Shown here in pieces: positions 1 through 12,099 of a stretch of DNA of 64,000 nucleotides. This DNA is from Octopus vulgaris (taxonomy: Eukaryota): NCBI GenBank assembly GCA_951406725.2, contig OX597820.1:87296001-87360000 (forward strand), written 5' to 3'. The stretch's first letter is position 1. Each line of letters begins with the position of its first letter. The position numbers were made by a program, and so were the translations under genes. The notes below the pieces were generated by a model. It did not search any database. It was not told where the DNA came from and worked only from the letters and a program-made list of their open reading frames with translations.

Positions 1-36
1 TAGGTAGGTAGGTAGGTAGGTAGGTAGGTAGGTAGG

Positions 37-128
<92 letters not shown>
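1..128. repeat. Compound microsatellite (TAGG)n-(TAGA)n
   Basis: Direct reading of tandem tetramers. Confidence 0.98.
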
Positions 129-764
129 CATAACTAAAATATTAATAGAAAACTGTAGCAGTCGTAGTAGTGTTAGACATCCACAATGTTGTTATTTGGT
201 ATATAATCAATGTTATTTGATTCAATTGTATACCATCCATTGAAAACTTGTAACCTAAGGAGGTCGTAGGTGCACAGCAATTGTATTACACTGATTTAAA
301 TGTATGTCATTACCTTCGTCATAAAAAACGTATTGATCTTCTTCATCTTACTTTTTTGTATATGTTCCCACTATGTGTCAGCTATATCATTTGTGTGATA
401 CAAGTCTTATTTAAATTTTAGCAACTTGAAAGGCGAAAAACAAATAGGATGCCCTTTCGTTTTATGCTGTTAAATTTTTTAAATAATCAAGTGTATTATA
501 AAAATGCCCATATAAATAAATATATATCATATCTAAATCATTAAATGCACAAAAATAATACTGAATGAAAATTCATACAAAGTATCATTTCCAGAATGTA
601 TTAGAAGTTCTTTGCACAATACGCTAGTTCACGTTCATATTTTCCAAGTCATCTTCAGCTGTATTTCTGTGGTACTCCCATATGGAACAGTCAATAAAAA
701 TTAATTCTATTGCTGAGAATTGCCTGATTGAATTTTAATTGATTATATGCTTCCATATAGACAC

Positions 765-925
765 AGGCATGGTTAGATGGTAAGAAGTTTGTTTTCCATT
801 TACATGGTTCCGGATTCAGTATCACCGTACAACACCATGGGCAAGTGTCATCTACTATAGCCCCAGGCTGACCAATGCCTTGTTAGTGGATTTGGTAGGC
901 GGAAACTGGAAGAAGCCCATCGTAT
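765..925 (+). mobile_element. SINE family A (tRNA-derived head), diverged 5' part
   Basis: Matches copies at 24204, 30103 and 35462 (TGGTAAGAAG..., GGGCAAGTGTC, GTGGATTTGGTAG..GGAAACTG). Confidence 0.8.
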
Positions 926-1040
926 ATCTGTGTGTACGTGTGTATCTGTGTCTGCGTGTTTGTGTATCTGTGTGTCTGTGTGTCTGTGTGTCTGTGTGTC
1001 AAATCTATTCGAACCGATTTTGTTGCCTGTTACTGTAAAG

Positions 1041-3872
1041 GTAAGGTTCTCGACGGTGGCGGCACCGCCCCATGAGCGCGTCAAAGTGAGTGTTAGGATT
1101 TAAGGAGCAGTGACGGGGTGATGAGGCAATACAATTGACATATTAAATTTTACCTATAGTAGTAATTATATTATACATGATAAAACTAGTAATGGTTATT
1201 AAAATGAGAGATAAGTAAGTATATAAGATATATTTGAAGAAGAATAATTAACTTTTAATATGATCTTTCTGTCTTGAATAGCACTTTATAGGTACATGAT
1301 CCTGCTTGTCTTCTTCGTATATTTTAATCTCCATTATATTCTGTTTAATGATAAAATTATATATAACTGCTGTGTGCGTTACTCCTTTAAAAATTTTGAA
1401 ATGAGTGGAAAAGAAAGTGCTGTCAGTACTCGGATGAATATTTGAAATATGGATTTATTCCTTCTATAAATAATGAGCAATTGCTACTGTGTTTAATATG
1501 TGAAAAAACGTTCGTTTTCAAATGAAACAATGGAGCCTTCAAGAATGATTGAACATTTACAAAAATGCATCCAGATAAAGCCGGAAAGATTGGGACTACT
1601 TTCACCTAATGAAACCGGTTTTAAAAATCGTTTTACTTTCAAGGGTTGTTTACTAAACTAACAAAGTAGAGAAGAGTTTGTTATTTCTTATAAACTTTTA
1701 AAATTAATTGTGAAATGTGGAAAACCACATAGTATTGGCGAAACTCTTCTCTTACCAACAGTAAATGAAGTTTTGGATACTATAACCTGCCCAAGTAAAA
1801 GCTTTATAACAGCATCAATTCTTCTCAGTAATAATAGTAGAGATGCGGAAAAAATATGACATAGTGAAAGGTGTGGAAAGTAAACTATGTGATGCTTTAG
1901 AAAACGAAGAATTTTCTTAACAACTTGATGAGTCAACATTATGCGACAATCTATCTTTGCTAATGTTAATTTATCTTTGCTAATCTACCTTTGCTAATAT
2001 TAATAATGTCCGTTATGTGCATTCATATCAGGAAATTATCGAAAAGTTTCTGTTTGTTGAAAAAATTGTACTTGACACAAATGGTTCTACAATTTTTAAG
2101 GTTGTTAAAGTTTTTAAGTGCTAAGAATATCCTTCTCACAAATATTATTGTAAGTGCATCAGTTAGAGCACCAACTATGATATTCTGTTAATGTGGATTT
2201 ATAGCACATTTAAAGGAAGCAGTTCCACATTTATTTGCAATTCATTGAGTTATTCACCAAGAACACTTGGCTGCAAAACATCCTAGTGGTTGACTACATA
2301 ATGCATTGAATGGTGTAATTAAACCAGTAAATAAAATCAAGATTCATTCACTGACTGACCATATCTTTCGGAAGCTTTCTCACGAAAAAGAAGAAGAAGT
2401 TAAGTATATGTTGCCTCGTATTTAGGCGTGATGGCTCTCAAATGGAAATTGTTTAAAGCGTTTTTATGATCTCTGTGATACTGTTTTAGAATTTCTTAAT
2501 TCATGTGATGAGGACATGTATAATAAACTAAGCAACGAAAGACCTGACATTGCATGTCTTTCTGATATTTTCACTAAATTAAATACGGTTAACGTTAAGT
2601 TCCAAGAAATAATATGAATTTAATTAAAGCAAAGGGAATTATAAATGCGTTTATAAGCAAATAATCATTCAATAAAGAGAGATTATCGAGGAGAGAGTTT
2701 TTTTTTACAGTTTCCAAGCCTTCACAAAATAGAAAACAATGACAGCAATTTAATATTAGATACGGATATACATTGCAATTGTTCTCATCAGCAAGCACTG
2801 AAAGACCTAACGATAAGGTTTAAAGATTTTACTGATCTTATGATACCTGAGTCATAAATCCATTTTTTTTTTCTTATGCTTCTTCTGCTCGACCAAATTT
2901 ATATGAAAAAATTATCGACTTCATTTCGAAGCTCAACTATATTTTCAACAGCTTGGTTATGATTCATTCCGAACCAAGAAGCAAAACAAGTATCCTCAAC
3001 TTTGACAAGTAATTAAATTACTGTTACTTTTCCGTCCTCATATTTAATAGAGAAAGGATTCCGTACGGTATTGCAATTACTGACTAAACAATGAAATATT
3101 GGTTTGTCCGGAAAGTTCGTGCCGATTTTTAAAGGAAAGAAAAAGGTCAATAAATACTTGCCATTACATTTTTAATCAACCAAATATGAACTATTTTGTT
3201 GCACAATGCGTCTCCATCTCTCATTTAACTTGAAAATACCCTCTTCCCAGAGTTGAGCGGGTTTCCTGGCAAAGAATTCATCAAGGTATCTTTTTACGTC
3301 ATCCAAGGAATTGAAATTTTTACCATTAAGACTATTCTGCAGAGATTTGAATAAGTGGAAATCCGAAGGAGCAATATCTGGTGAATATGGAGAGTTATAA
3401 GAACATAAACCTTCTTCCACGAAAAGATAGCTTAAACTGTGCTCTAAATGGAGGTGTAGTAAAATCCTATTTTATGGACTCAACCATGTTCTAAAATAAG
3501 TCGAAAGGTAAGCTACTATAAATCGGCACGAACTTTCCAGACAACCCAATATATTTGTATTAAATCAAAGAGAAGACTTACGAATTCTTCTGACTGATAT
3601 TGAACCTGATAACTTTTAGCTAGATCTCATCAGGCACAGAGAAGTCATTAACTTGCAATGTATAAAATAAATTTACAACTTTTGTTTTTATTAATTTTTT
3701 TATCCTTTCACTATCAAAAGCACATATAATTCATTTTTTTAGTAAAGTTTATAAATCATTTTCCGTGCTGATTTAGTTCGGTCGTGATACCTCAATCGGC
3801 ATTTAGGTGGCGGCTAGGCATAACAACTACTCAAAAGGTGAGCGCTACAAAAATAAAGGTCAAAGACCACTG
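1041..3872 (+). mobile_element. Decayed hAT transposon, Buster/Charlie type (ZBED5/SCAND3-like transposase relic)
   Basis: Frame-broken motifs: QYSDEYLKYGF..CLIC..H..KMHPDK (BED finger, ~1423-1580), QLDEST (~1921), IH*VIHQEHLA (~2240), WLSNGN (~2430), FPSSYLIEKGF (~3030). Right end ..CAAAGACCACTG is followed by 8-bp CTCTAGAG; left flank CTGTAAAG is a 6/8 TSD match; left TIR is degenerate. Confidence 0.85.
3099..3549 (-). mobile_element. Internally deleted mariner nested in the hAT
   Basis: TA-flanked TIRs TTGGTTTGTCCGGAAAGTTCGTGCCGATTT / AAATCGGCACGAACTTTCCAGACAACCCAA; ORF 3172-3420 has YSPDIAPSDFHLF. Confidence 0.95.
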
Positions 3873-3994
3873 CTCTAGAGTTTCGCCATAAATCTTTTCG
3901 TTGACAGTACAAATATATTATTTTACTCTACCATGGCATAAAGCATTTTTCTCCTGTTCGCTAACGCCATGTGTTATGCATACATATATAGACA

Positions 3995-4012
3995 CATAGA
4001 TACACACACACA

Positions 4013-4080
<68 letters not shown>

Positions 4081-4108
4081 TACATACATACATACATACA
4101 TACATACA

Positions 4109-4144
<36 letters not shown>

Positions 4145-4173
4145 TATATACATATACATACATATATATATAT
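3995..4173. repeat. Compound microsatellite (CA)n-(TACA)n-(TA)n
   Basis: Direct reading. Confidence 0.97.
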
Positions 4174-4215
4174 AGTAAAATAAGGATTCAGGTAGAATCA
4201 GGTACTTGAAAAGAT

Positions 4216-6303
4216 ATGCACCAGGTAGGTTACCCATTGTCTGTTATTATTCATTTGATTTCCTCCAGAGAGAGGAAAATTCTAATGAGACGGCGTACAA
4301 AAGTTTCAAATCGCCTAAACAAACAAATTGAAAGCAGTGAAAAGCCCCGCCTGAAAATAAAACTGTTGGAAATTGAAAAATGTCTGCAACTCTCCCATGA
4401 AAAAGAAAGAGCAGACAAAGAAGCCTGGGCTATAGACAACATAAAATCTAACCCCAGAGCTTTCTACAGGTATTCCAAAGAAACAGCTACGGTGCACTGT
4501 AGGATAGGGCCACTCCTTGAAAAGGATGGCACACTTACAGGAAATCCAATGAGGGTAAGTGAAATACTAAGTGAGCAATTCAAGAGTATTTTCACGCCAC
4601 CCTTAGGGCATTTTCAAGTCAGCAATCCAACTGACTTCTTTACCACTGCAGATATAAAATCGGGGGTAGCAATGATTGATTACATCAGTATGAAGGAAGA
4701 CGATGTAATAAAGGCTATTGATGAAATGAAAACAAACTCAGCTACTGGCCCAGATGGATTCCCAGCAATCCTTCTAAAAGCATGTAAGAGAGTCCTAGCA
4801 AGACCACTGCAGTTCCTCTTTCAGAGCTTCCTTGCAACTGGCAAACTTCCAAGAAAACTGAAGGAAGGTAAAATATGCCCTATTCATAAAGGAGGTAGCA
4901 GAGCGGAGGCCAAGAACTACAGACCTATCTCTCTAACCTCACACATCAGCAAGGTCATGGAACGAATAGTCAGAAGGAAACTAATCACCTTCCTTGAAGA
5001 AAATGACTTGCTGCCTGACACTCAACATGGTTTCCGACCAGGAACAAGCTGCTTAACTCAGCTCCTACAACACTATGACTGGGTGCTGAAACGACTGCTC
5101 AACCACTCAAATGTGGAAGTCATATATCTCGACTTTGCAAAGGCCTTTGATAAAATCGATCATGGAATGCTATGTCACAAACTGCGTGATCTTGGCATAG
5201 TTGGAAAACTGGGAGAGTGGCTTCATGACTTTCTGAAGGATAGAAGTCAGGTAGTAGTAGCCAATGGGGCCACTTCCACTAACACGCAAATAGTGAGCGG
5301 TGTTCCGCAGAGCAATGTTTTGGGATCACTACTGTTCATAATGGCCCTCTCAGACATGCCCTCAGCCACGCAGAGAGCCACGATCACAAGTTATGCAGAT
5401 GATACAAAAGTTTCACAGGCAATACAGAACCCTGAAAACACTAAGCACCTGCAATGTGAGCTGGACAAAATATACAAGTGGGCTGAAAAGAATAGCATGC
5501 AGTTCAATGCTGAAAAGTTTCAAGCTCTATGCTATCAGCACGCAAAACTAAATGCAATACCCAATAAATACACTGGACCTGGAGGGACTGCAATCCCAGA
5601 GGCACAATCAGTGCGAGACCTGGGTATTTACATGAGTGATGATGCAACCTTTCATGTGCATGTTGCTAAATTGGCAATGAAATGTAGGCGGCTGACCTGA
5701 TGGATTCTTAGAACCTTCAGAACAAGAGACCAGGAAACCATGATGGTCCTCTGGAGGACACTTGTCCTAAGCCACTTTGACTATTGCTCTCAGCTATGGT
5801 CACCATCCAGTGTCAAGTTAATCACAGAACTTGAGGCGATCCAACGAATCTACACGAAGAAGATAGCCTCTGTGCAGCATATAAGCTATTGGAAAAGACT
5901 CAAGAGATTGAGACTCTATTCCTTAGAGCGTAGGCGAGAAAGATATGCCATAATATACATCTGGAAGATCCTAGAAGGCCTTGTCCCAAACTTTGGCATC
6001 GAGAGTTACACAAATGCCAGAACTGGGCGCCACTGCATGGTGCCAAGGACTCCAAATTTGCCATCAAGATGTAGGACAAGATACTGTGATAGCCTGGGCT
6101 TCCGAGGCCCACAGCTCTTCAATATCCTCCCGAAGAACCTAAGAGACCTGCATGGGGTGGATGCAGATGTCTTTAAAATGAAACTGGATCTCTTCTTGTC
6201 AGGTATCCCAGATGAACCAACTTCACGGCAGGAGGTGCAGATGAGGGCAGCTGCATCGAACTCTCTCATGCACCAAATGGCAATTGCTAAAAAGCATTCG
6301 TGA
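4216..6303 (+). pseudogene. LINE reverse transcriptase ORF2 remnant with one in-frame stop and no endonuclease domain
   Basis: Two same-frame ORFs (494 aa and 187 aa) split by one stop. The N-terminal ~15 codons come from unrelated flank. Confidence 0.9.
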
Positions 6304-6378
6304 AGTAAAATCATGTAGCAACACCAAATGGCGGTGCCCCAGCATGGCCACAGCTAGTAGCTGAAACTAGATAAATAA
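4258..6378 (+). mobile_element. 5'-truncated CR1/L2-group LINE with RT domain, C-terminus and 3' UTR
   Basis: ORF 4216-5700 has GPDGFP, NYRPISLTS, QHGFR, YLDFAKAFD and YADD. ORF 5740-6303 is in the same frame after a single TGA at 5698-5700 (CRRLT*WILRTF) and has DYCSQLWSP, SLERRRER. 3' UTR ends in GGCGGTGCCCCAGCATGGCC..CTGAAAC then (TAAA)n. Confidence 0.95.
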
Positions 6379-6465
6379 ATAAATATATATATATATATAT
6401 ATACACGCACACACACATGTATATATATATATATACTTATAGATATATTAGATAGATAGATAGAT

Positions 6466-6527
<62 letters not shown>

Positions 6528-6529
6528 CA

Positions 6530-7753
6530 GTAAAAACAATTAAGATTCAAGTGAGTTCCAATGAATTCACATGAATGCGGTACTTAACTTAGATGCACCA
6601 GAAATCTATATGGTATTAACCATAAAATAATGTGGGGTGATTATAAACAATAAAAAAGCAACAAGAATGGATTAGTTGTTCAGTACAATTGTTTCATACG
6701 AAGAACAGCTTTACTAAAAGCTGCAAATATTACAGCAAATACAAGTGTCCCGTTTTCATCAGTCAAAACACATATGAGTTTTCCAAACATCCTAGGGGGT
6801 GAGGCTACACTCATGAAGTATCGAAGAGAGTTCTATGAAAAGCAAAGTTAGATTGTAAGCAGACTTCAAAAGTTCCCTAATGATGCACAGTTTTATAAAA
6901 GGTTTTTAAAAAAGTTTTTTTTAAAAAGTTTGTTAGCTTCACAGAAAAGTAAATCCATCCATAATAATGCAGGTGTAATTTCCGGAGATATGAGGAGATA
7001 TTTCATACTCAGAGAAGAGGAATGTATCCATAATAATGTAGATGTAATTTCCTGATATATGAGAAGATGTTGATCACACTTCTATTCGTTTCGCAAAACT
7101 ACTATGTTGGAAGAAGAGATTGACTATATTGGCTACAAGAAGTCGCAAAAGAAGTCAGTGAAGCAGAAACCTCCCAAATAAGGACATTATGAGACATTAT
7201 GGGAGGAAGGGGTGTAAGTACACAACCTACAAAGTTTAGTTTATTTCTGTGGTGACAGAAAATCTAGGTCAGTGTTGCAGGAATCTGAGATTTATAATTT
7301 ATGAAAGAGAACATTACTTTTGACCATCATACAGCTATTAACTGCCACTCCTATAGAGTTAAAGGCAGGTATAAGAATATAAAGAGAACAAAAGAAAGTA
7401 TCAAAGGGGTCAAAGGTTATCAGTAGAGGAAAATACCTTAAGAGATTTAAGTGCAACACTAGAACAGGGGGTTATTTATTTATTTATTTATTATTGTTTC
7501 TATTTATACAAATGTTTATACATTGTAAGACAGACTTTAGGTCTATACCTAGAGGTCAATTAATTTCTATAGTAAAAGGTGTGAGAGTATTGTTTATTCA
7601 AAATATAGTGAAAATCATTGTGAAAATTCTTTATATTATTATTAAGGGAGTAGCATTACTTATTAAACTTAGAATAGAATTAGGAAGTATTAGCAAAGTA
7701 TTTGCTAGTTTAATAAGTAATGCTACTCCCTTAATAATAATATAAAGAATTTT
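6530..7753 (-). mobile_element. Probable decayed Penelope-like element (pLTR plus ORF remnant)
   Basis: Minus-strand hammerhead-like motif at 6678-6768; CRLC..CPYLGGFC..NIV relic resembling the Cys motif before GIY-YIG; starts at a (TA)n tract and ends in a short inversion. Confidence 0.45.
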
Positions 7754-7823
7754 TCGTCTTTCTTTACGATCCTGGAATCAAAATGACAGAATGGATCAAT
7801 TAGTAAGCACGGACATGATGAAT

Positions 7824-7932
<109 letters not shown>

Positions 7933-7934
7933 TT

Positions 7935-8403
7935 TTTTAATTTACGTTTAATCTACATGTTTGCTACAATCACTTGTCGAGACACACCCAGCGTCCTAGG
8001 GCGAGTGAAGGATAAGAGATATTACAGTATGGCTGAAAGCTTGGGGAGAGGAAGTTGCAGGGGCAGTAACGAAATGTTTTCATGTAATACAACACATTTT
8101 AAATTGATGGGGTTTTTCTAAGGATGTGGATAGTACATGTCAGCACAAACTTTTGAATTTCTCTGAGACATGGTTCTCCTGGGTTGTTGTCTAGATGTTT
8201 CTAACATCCCTTTTTTTTATCTTACCTTGTGTACCTACAATAACAGGAACAGTTCTCGCTTTAAGATGCCACATCTTTTGTATTTCAATTTGTCAAATTC
8301 CTTTACAGATATATTTTTATCAGTGGGAACAGTTACATATATTATTCTACAAGTATTTTCTTCTCCGTCTTTAATGACTATGTCTGGTCGATTAGCCGGC
8401 ATC
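7935..8403 (-). mobile_element. 3' fragment of R4/Dong-like LINE (restriction-like endonuclease)
   Basis: ANRPDIVIKD..CRIIYVTVPTDKNISVKEFDKLKY (PD-D/ExK RLE motif), then PGEPCLREIQK; lies between (ATT)n tracts. Confidence 0.85.
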
Positions 8404-8424
8404 GTATTATTATTACTATTATTA

Positions 8425-8870
8425 CTGAGTGAGAGAGCAGTGCATGCCATCAAAGTGACACTGGGGTAAAATATACGAAGCCCAGATAAGGGTACACTGG
8501 GCACATTGCATCACAACCATATGTGCGTGACATGATAATCTCATATCAAAATAAACAGCACATGACCTTGCAAGTGTGGCTCAGTTAGAATTTTCTTCTG
8601 GTCGAGTAACCCATCCTGCTCAAAAGGTCCCTGAATAAGGGTTGTTTAACGATGTTGAACGAAACACCCATGTTTCCAGAGGAGAATTATTCAAACCCCA
8701 AAGGATCCCTCTCAACACATGGCTATGATACCCCACACCACTACTTCTGCTCGTGGTCAGAGATGCACATATCAGCCACCAGGGGACATGCTCAACTGGT
8801 TACGGTCAAGTAACTGACAAGCAAATCTGTGGTATAGAGCAGAATATTTGCTGTAGCCCATCTTTTATAC

Positions 8871-8872
<2 letters not shown>
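8425..8872. repeat. Unclassified interspersed repeat (second copy inverted at ~54590-55020)
   Basis: CACAACCATATGTGCG..GAAACACCCATGTTTCCAG..CTACTTCTGCTCGTG..GCTGTAGCCCA is the reverse complement of the 54.6-55.0 kb sequence. Confidence 0.8.
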
Positions 8873-8925
<53 letters not shown>

Positions 8926-8989
8926 GCTCTTGTTGTTGTTGTAGTTGTTATTATTATCATTATCCTTATTATTACTATCATTATTATTT

Positions 8990-9525
8990 TCCGATTGATT
9001 TGTATTTTATTTCATCTTCCCACTGGGTCTAAACCAGAGACCTAAGGCACTTTATATTAGATGGAAAGATACTTCTTGAGAATGTGGGCGGTTGATGTCA
9101 TCACAATATTTAAATCTCATAAATTGTCTGTTTTCCAGGCATCTTGTCAAAAGATTTGTCACTACCTTTCTTGATAATTCCCAGGGCACCTACAACAACA
9201 GGGATGGTTTTGGTTTTTAATTGCCACGTCCTAGATATCTCAATCTCAAGGTTCTTATATTTAGACAATTTTTCAAATTCCTTTGCTGAGATCTTTCTAT
9301 CAGTAGGCTCTGTCATATCACTTAACAGGCATTTTTTTTGTCTTAGGCCTTTAATGACGGTGATGTCTGGTCTCTTAACATTAATTTGCCTGCCTGTATG
9401 TATCCCATAATCTCATTGGGTGGTAACATTCTCTCCATCAGTGACTGGCTCTGGATGGTGTCTATACTAGTTCTTAGGGCGCAGGATATCATAGTGATGA
9501 CATATGCTCCAGGTGATCACGAGCA
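8990..9525 (-). mobile_element. 3' fragment of R4/Dong-like LINE
   Basis: ORF 9110-9316 TDRKISAKEFEKLSKYKNLEIEISRTWQLKTKTIPVVVGALG; upstream KRPDI and HHPEPV; 3' end runs into (ATT)n. Confidence 0.85.
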
Positions 9526-9639
9526 ATCACAAAAGCACCTACAGTAATTAACCTTCCCGCATTTTACGCAGTGGAACATCGGGAATGTAATAGGAGAAAG
9601 TTACACCATCGATTCCCAGTACTTGACTGGCATTTTGTA

Positions 9640-10712
9640 TTAGGTTGTCCGGAAAGTTCTGAGTGGTTTTTCATATGCCAGAAAGGATGTAAATAATTGA
9701 CCTATCAATAAATTTTATTCAATGAACTAATTTCCATTATTATTAATGATCTTCGCACATCTATCGAGCAATTTAAATATTCCATCAGCATAAAATTTGA
9801 CTGGTTTTGAAGAAAAAAGTTATCTAGATGCATTTTGACTGTATCTAAATCGTTAAATGTTTTGCCTTGCAATGAGTTCTGTTGACAAAAAAGACAAGTA
9901 GTAGTCGGATGGTGCAAAACCAGGAGAATATAATGGATGGATGAGGTAAGGGCTCTCAACCAAATTCATGTAACTTCTTTGATTTTTTTTTAGTTAAGAT
10001 TAGTCAACTGACGACAATACACATCAGAATTAATGGTCCGGTTTTGTGAGAGAAATTCATAATAAATAAAGCCTTTATGATCCCACCAAATACAAAAGAA
10101 TAGCTCTTTTTGATTGGTGGTTTGGGGAATCCTTACTCAAACTCCGAGGACTTTTTCGCCCTACTTTCTCGTACACAGTCCATTTTTCATCTCCAGTCAC
10201 AAGTTGTTTCAAAAAAGCTATGCTTCCATTCCATTTCAAAAGCATATCACAAACGGAATACTGGTCCAAACAATTATTTTCTGAGAGTTTGTGAGGAACC
10301 TATACATTATGGCGAGAAATGTATCCTTTTTTTACTAGGTGTTCATGAGCCGTACTTTTAGAAACTTCCATCTCCTCCGCAGGTTCTCTAGTCGTGATAT
10401 TTGAGTTTTCTTTGATTTTTGCCTTCAAAACATCTTCATCCAATTTTGAAGATCTTCCACTGCGACTGTCATCTTCCAAGCTAAAATCTGCAGCTTTAAA
10501 TTTTGCAAACCACCTTCAAACTATTGACTCACCTAAAGTTAATAAAGGGTAACCGGAATGTAAGATAAATCTATTTTTAATCAGGAACAAAGAAGATATG
10601 CACTATGACTTCAAGCAATGCCAAAGTTTTAACTATGCTACGCTTCGGGTGTATTCAATGAAGCGTTTAAAGATTTAGCTTAAAAACGCTCAGAACTTTC
10701 CAGACAACCTAA
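9640..10712 (-). mobile_element. Decayed mariner inserted into a family-B SINE
   Basis: TA-flanked TIRs TTAGGTTGTCCGGAAAGTTCTGAG / CTCAGAACTTTCCAGACAACCTAA; relic motifs *VPHKLSE and LVTGDEKW; SINE halves at ~9590-9637 and ~10715-10840 rejoin across it. Confidence 0.92.
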
Positions 10713-12099
10713 TATTGTCAACTTCGGATGATGAAAGACAATGTTGACACCGACGGAGTTTGAATTCAGAACATAATGAATCAGAAGAAATAAAGCAAAA
10801 TAGTTCCTCCGACCCTCAAAGGATTCTACCAGTCCACCTCCCTGAACAGTAAGTTGTAATAACAAAATGCTTAGGGACGCCTGCCGCATTTAAATCAAAT
10901 AATAAAGTTGTTGCTAACATACATTATGTAGTGATCCAAGAAATAATCATTATCTTAGTGACCAACTCGTGTCAAAAAAGTAGGAGACAATCTCGAGAAA
11001 TTAATTAATCAAAAATAGACTAGTGTAGAGCGAGCCTGTTGTTTTGGCCCTATGGATTCAAGATTTTCACAGTGCTCGAAGTTTACGTCTGTGAGAGTAA
11101 TCAAAGCATGGAATATGTGTGTAATTTATTTCAACCAGGTCTTTTGTGAGATAAGTAACTTAGCTATGTATATAGGCTGATGGAGAGATACGAATGGAGA
11201 GGCCGTATCTATGTATATAGGCCGATTGAGAGATCGGCAGTCCGCCACCATATCAATACAACCTATGATAATACTTTACTAATGGGATAAACCGAATGAA
11301 ATCTCAGATAATATGAGATTGAACTCATTCGTCTGTATTTCAAATGCAATCCGCTAACCTCGATAACATAATTACACCTATCAGAACATAACACCTGAAC
11401 ATTACTTTAACTAAAGTATTAATTCGCTGCGTTTTAGGCACATTGTTCATCCCTGATCGGTGATGTCGAAATAAAGTGTTAGTGTTCCTTAATTATATAT
11501 ACGATGCATGTGTTATATAGTTAATAACATACTCTGTGTAATTAGCATTAACTGTTTTGCTTTAAAGGGAAGAGCTTTGCACTTGCTATACCTTTGGGTA
11601 TTTTCGGCTTATTTCTATCGAGATCGCGAGTCATAAGCAGAACGATTATATATATTTTTACTACTTATTTGATATGATATTGGAAGTCCAACTGGAGGTT
11701 CATAGTTCGTTTCCTATCATCGTTCTATACTTGTTGCCGAAATAACGCCTATAAGATATTTGACTTTAACTAAGTATCAACAGAAGATAGATACAAGGCA
11801 ATAATTTAAATGAGCGTTACGAGAACTCTTCATAGTAAACAACTAATTCTATATAGCCCAAAGTTCAATCCCTCTCGTAGTCGTGGTCCATGGTAGTAGC
11901 TCTTACACCCTGGTATATATTTTCATCTAATTCTTTCACGAAATAGACTTTATAAAATTTATTTCAATACAGTTTTTTTTTTTTTTTTGAAATGTATTGG
12001 ATAATTTTAAGTAGATGTGAATAAAAACTATATGTGACACTTTTAATGGCGCTTTAGGGAACCACTAAAGACCTTAGTTTCATATGAAGTATCTTGGGT

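Noticed and set aside
1-40. Telomere-like (TAGG)n at the window start
   Set aside because: Not TTAGGG; it grades into a common (TAGA)n microsatellite.
1423-3660. Domesticated ZBED5/SCAND3-like host gene
   Set aside because: Many stops and frameshifts, a TIR/TSD remnant and a nested mariner indicate a dead transposon.
11164-11234. 26-bp imperfect direct repeat
   Set aside because: Only two short copies with no associated structure; ordinary slippage.
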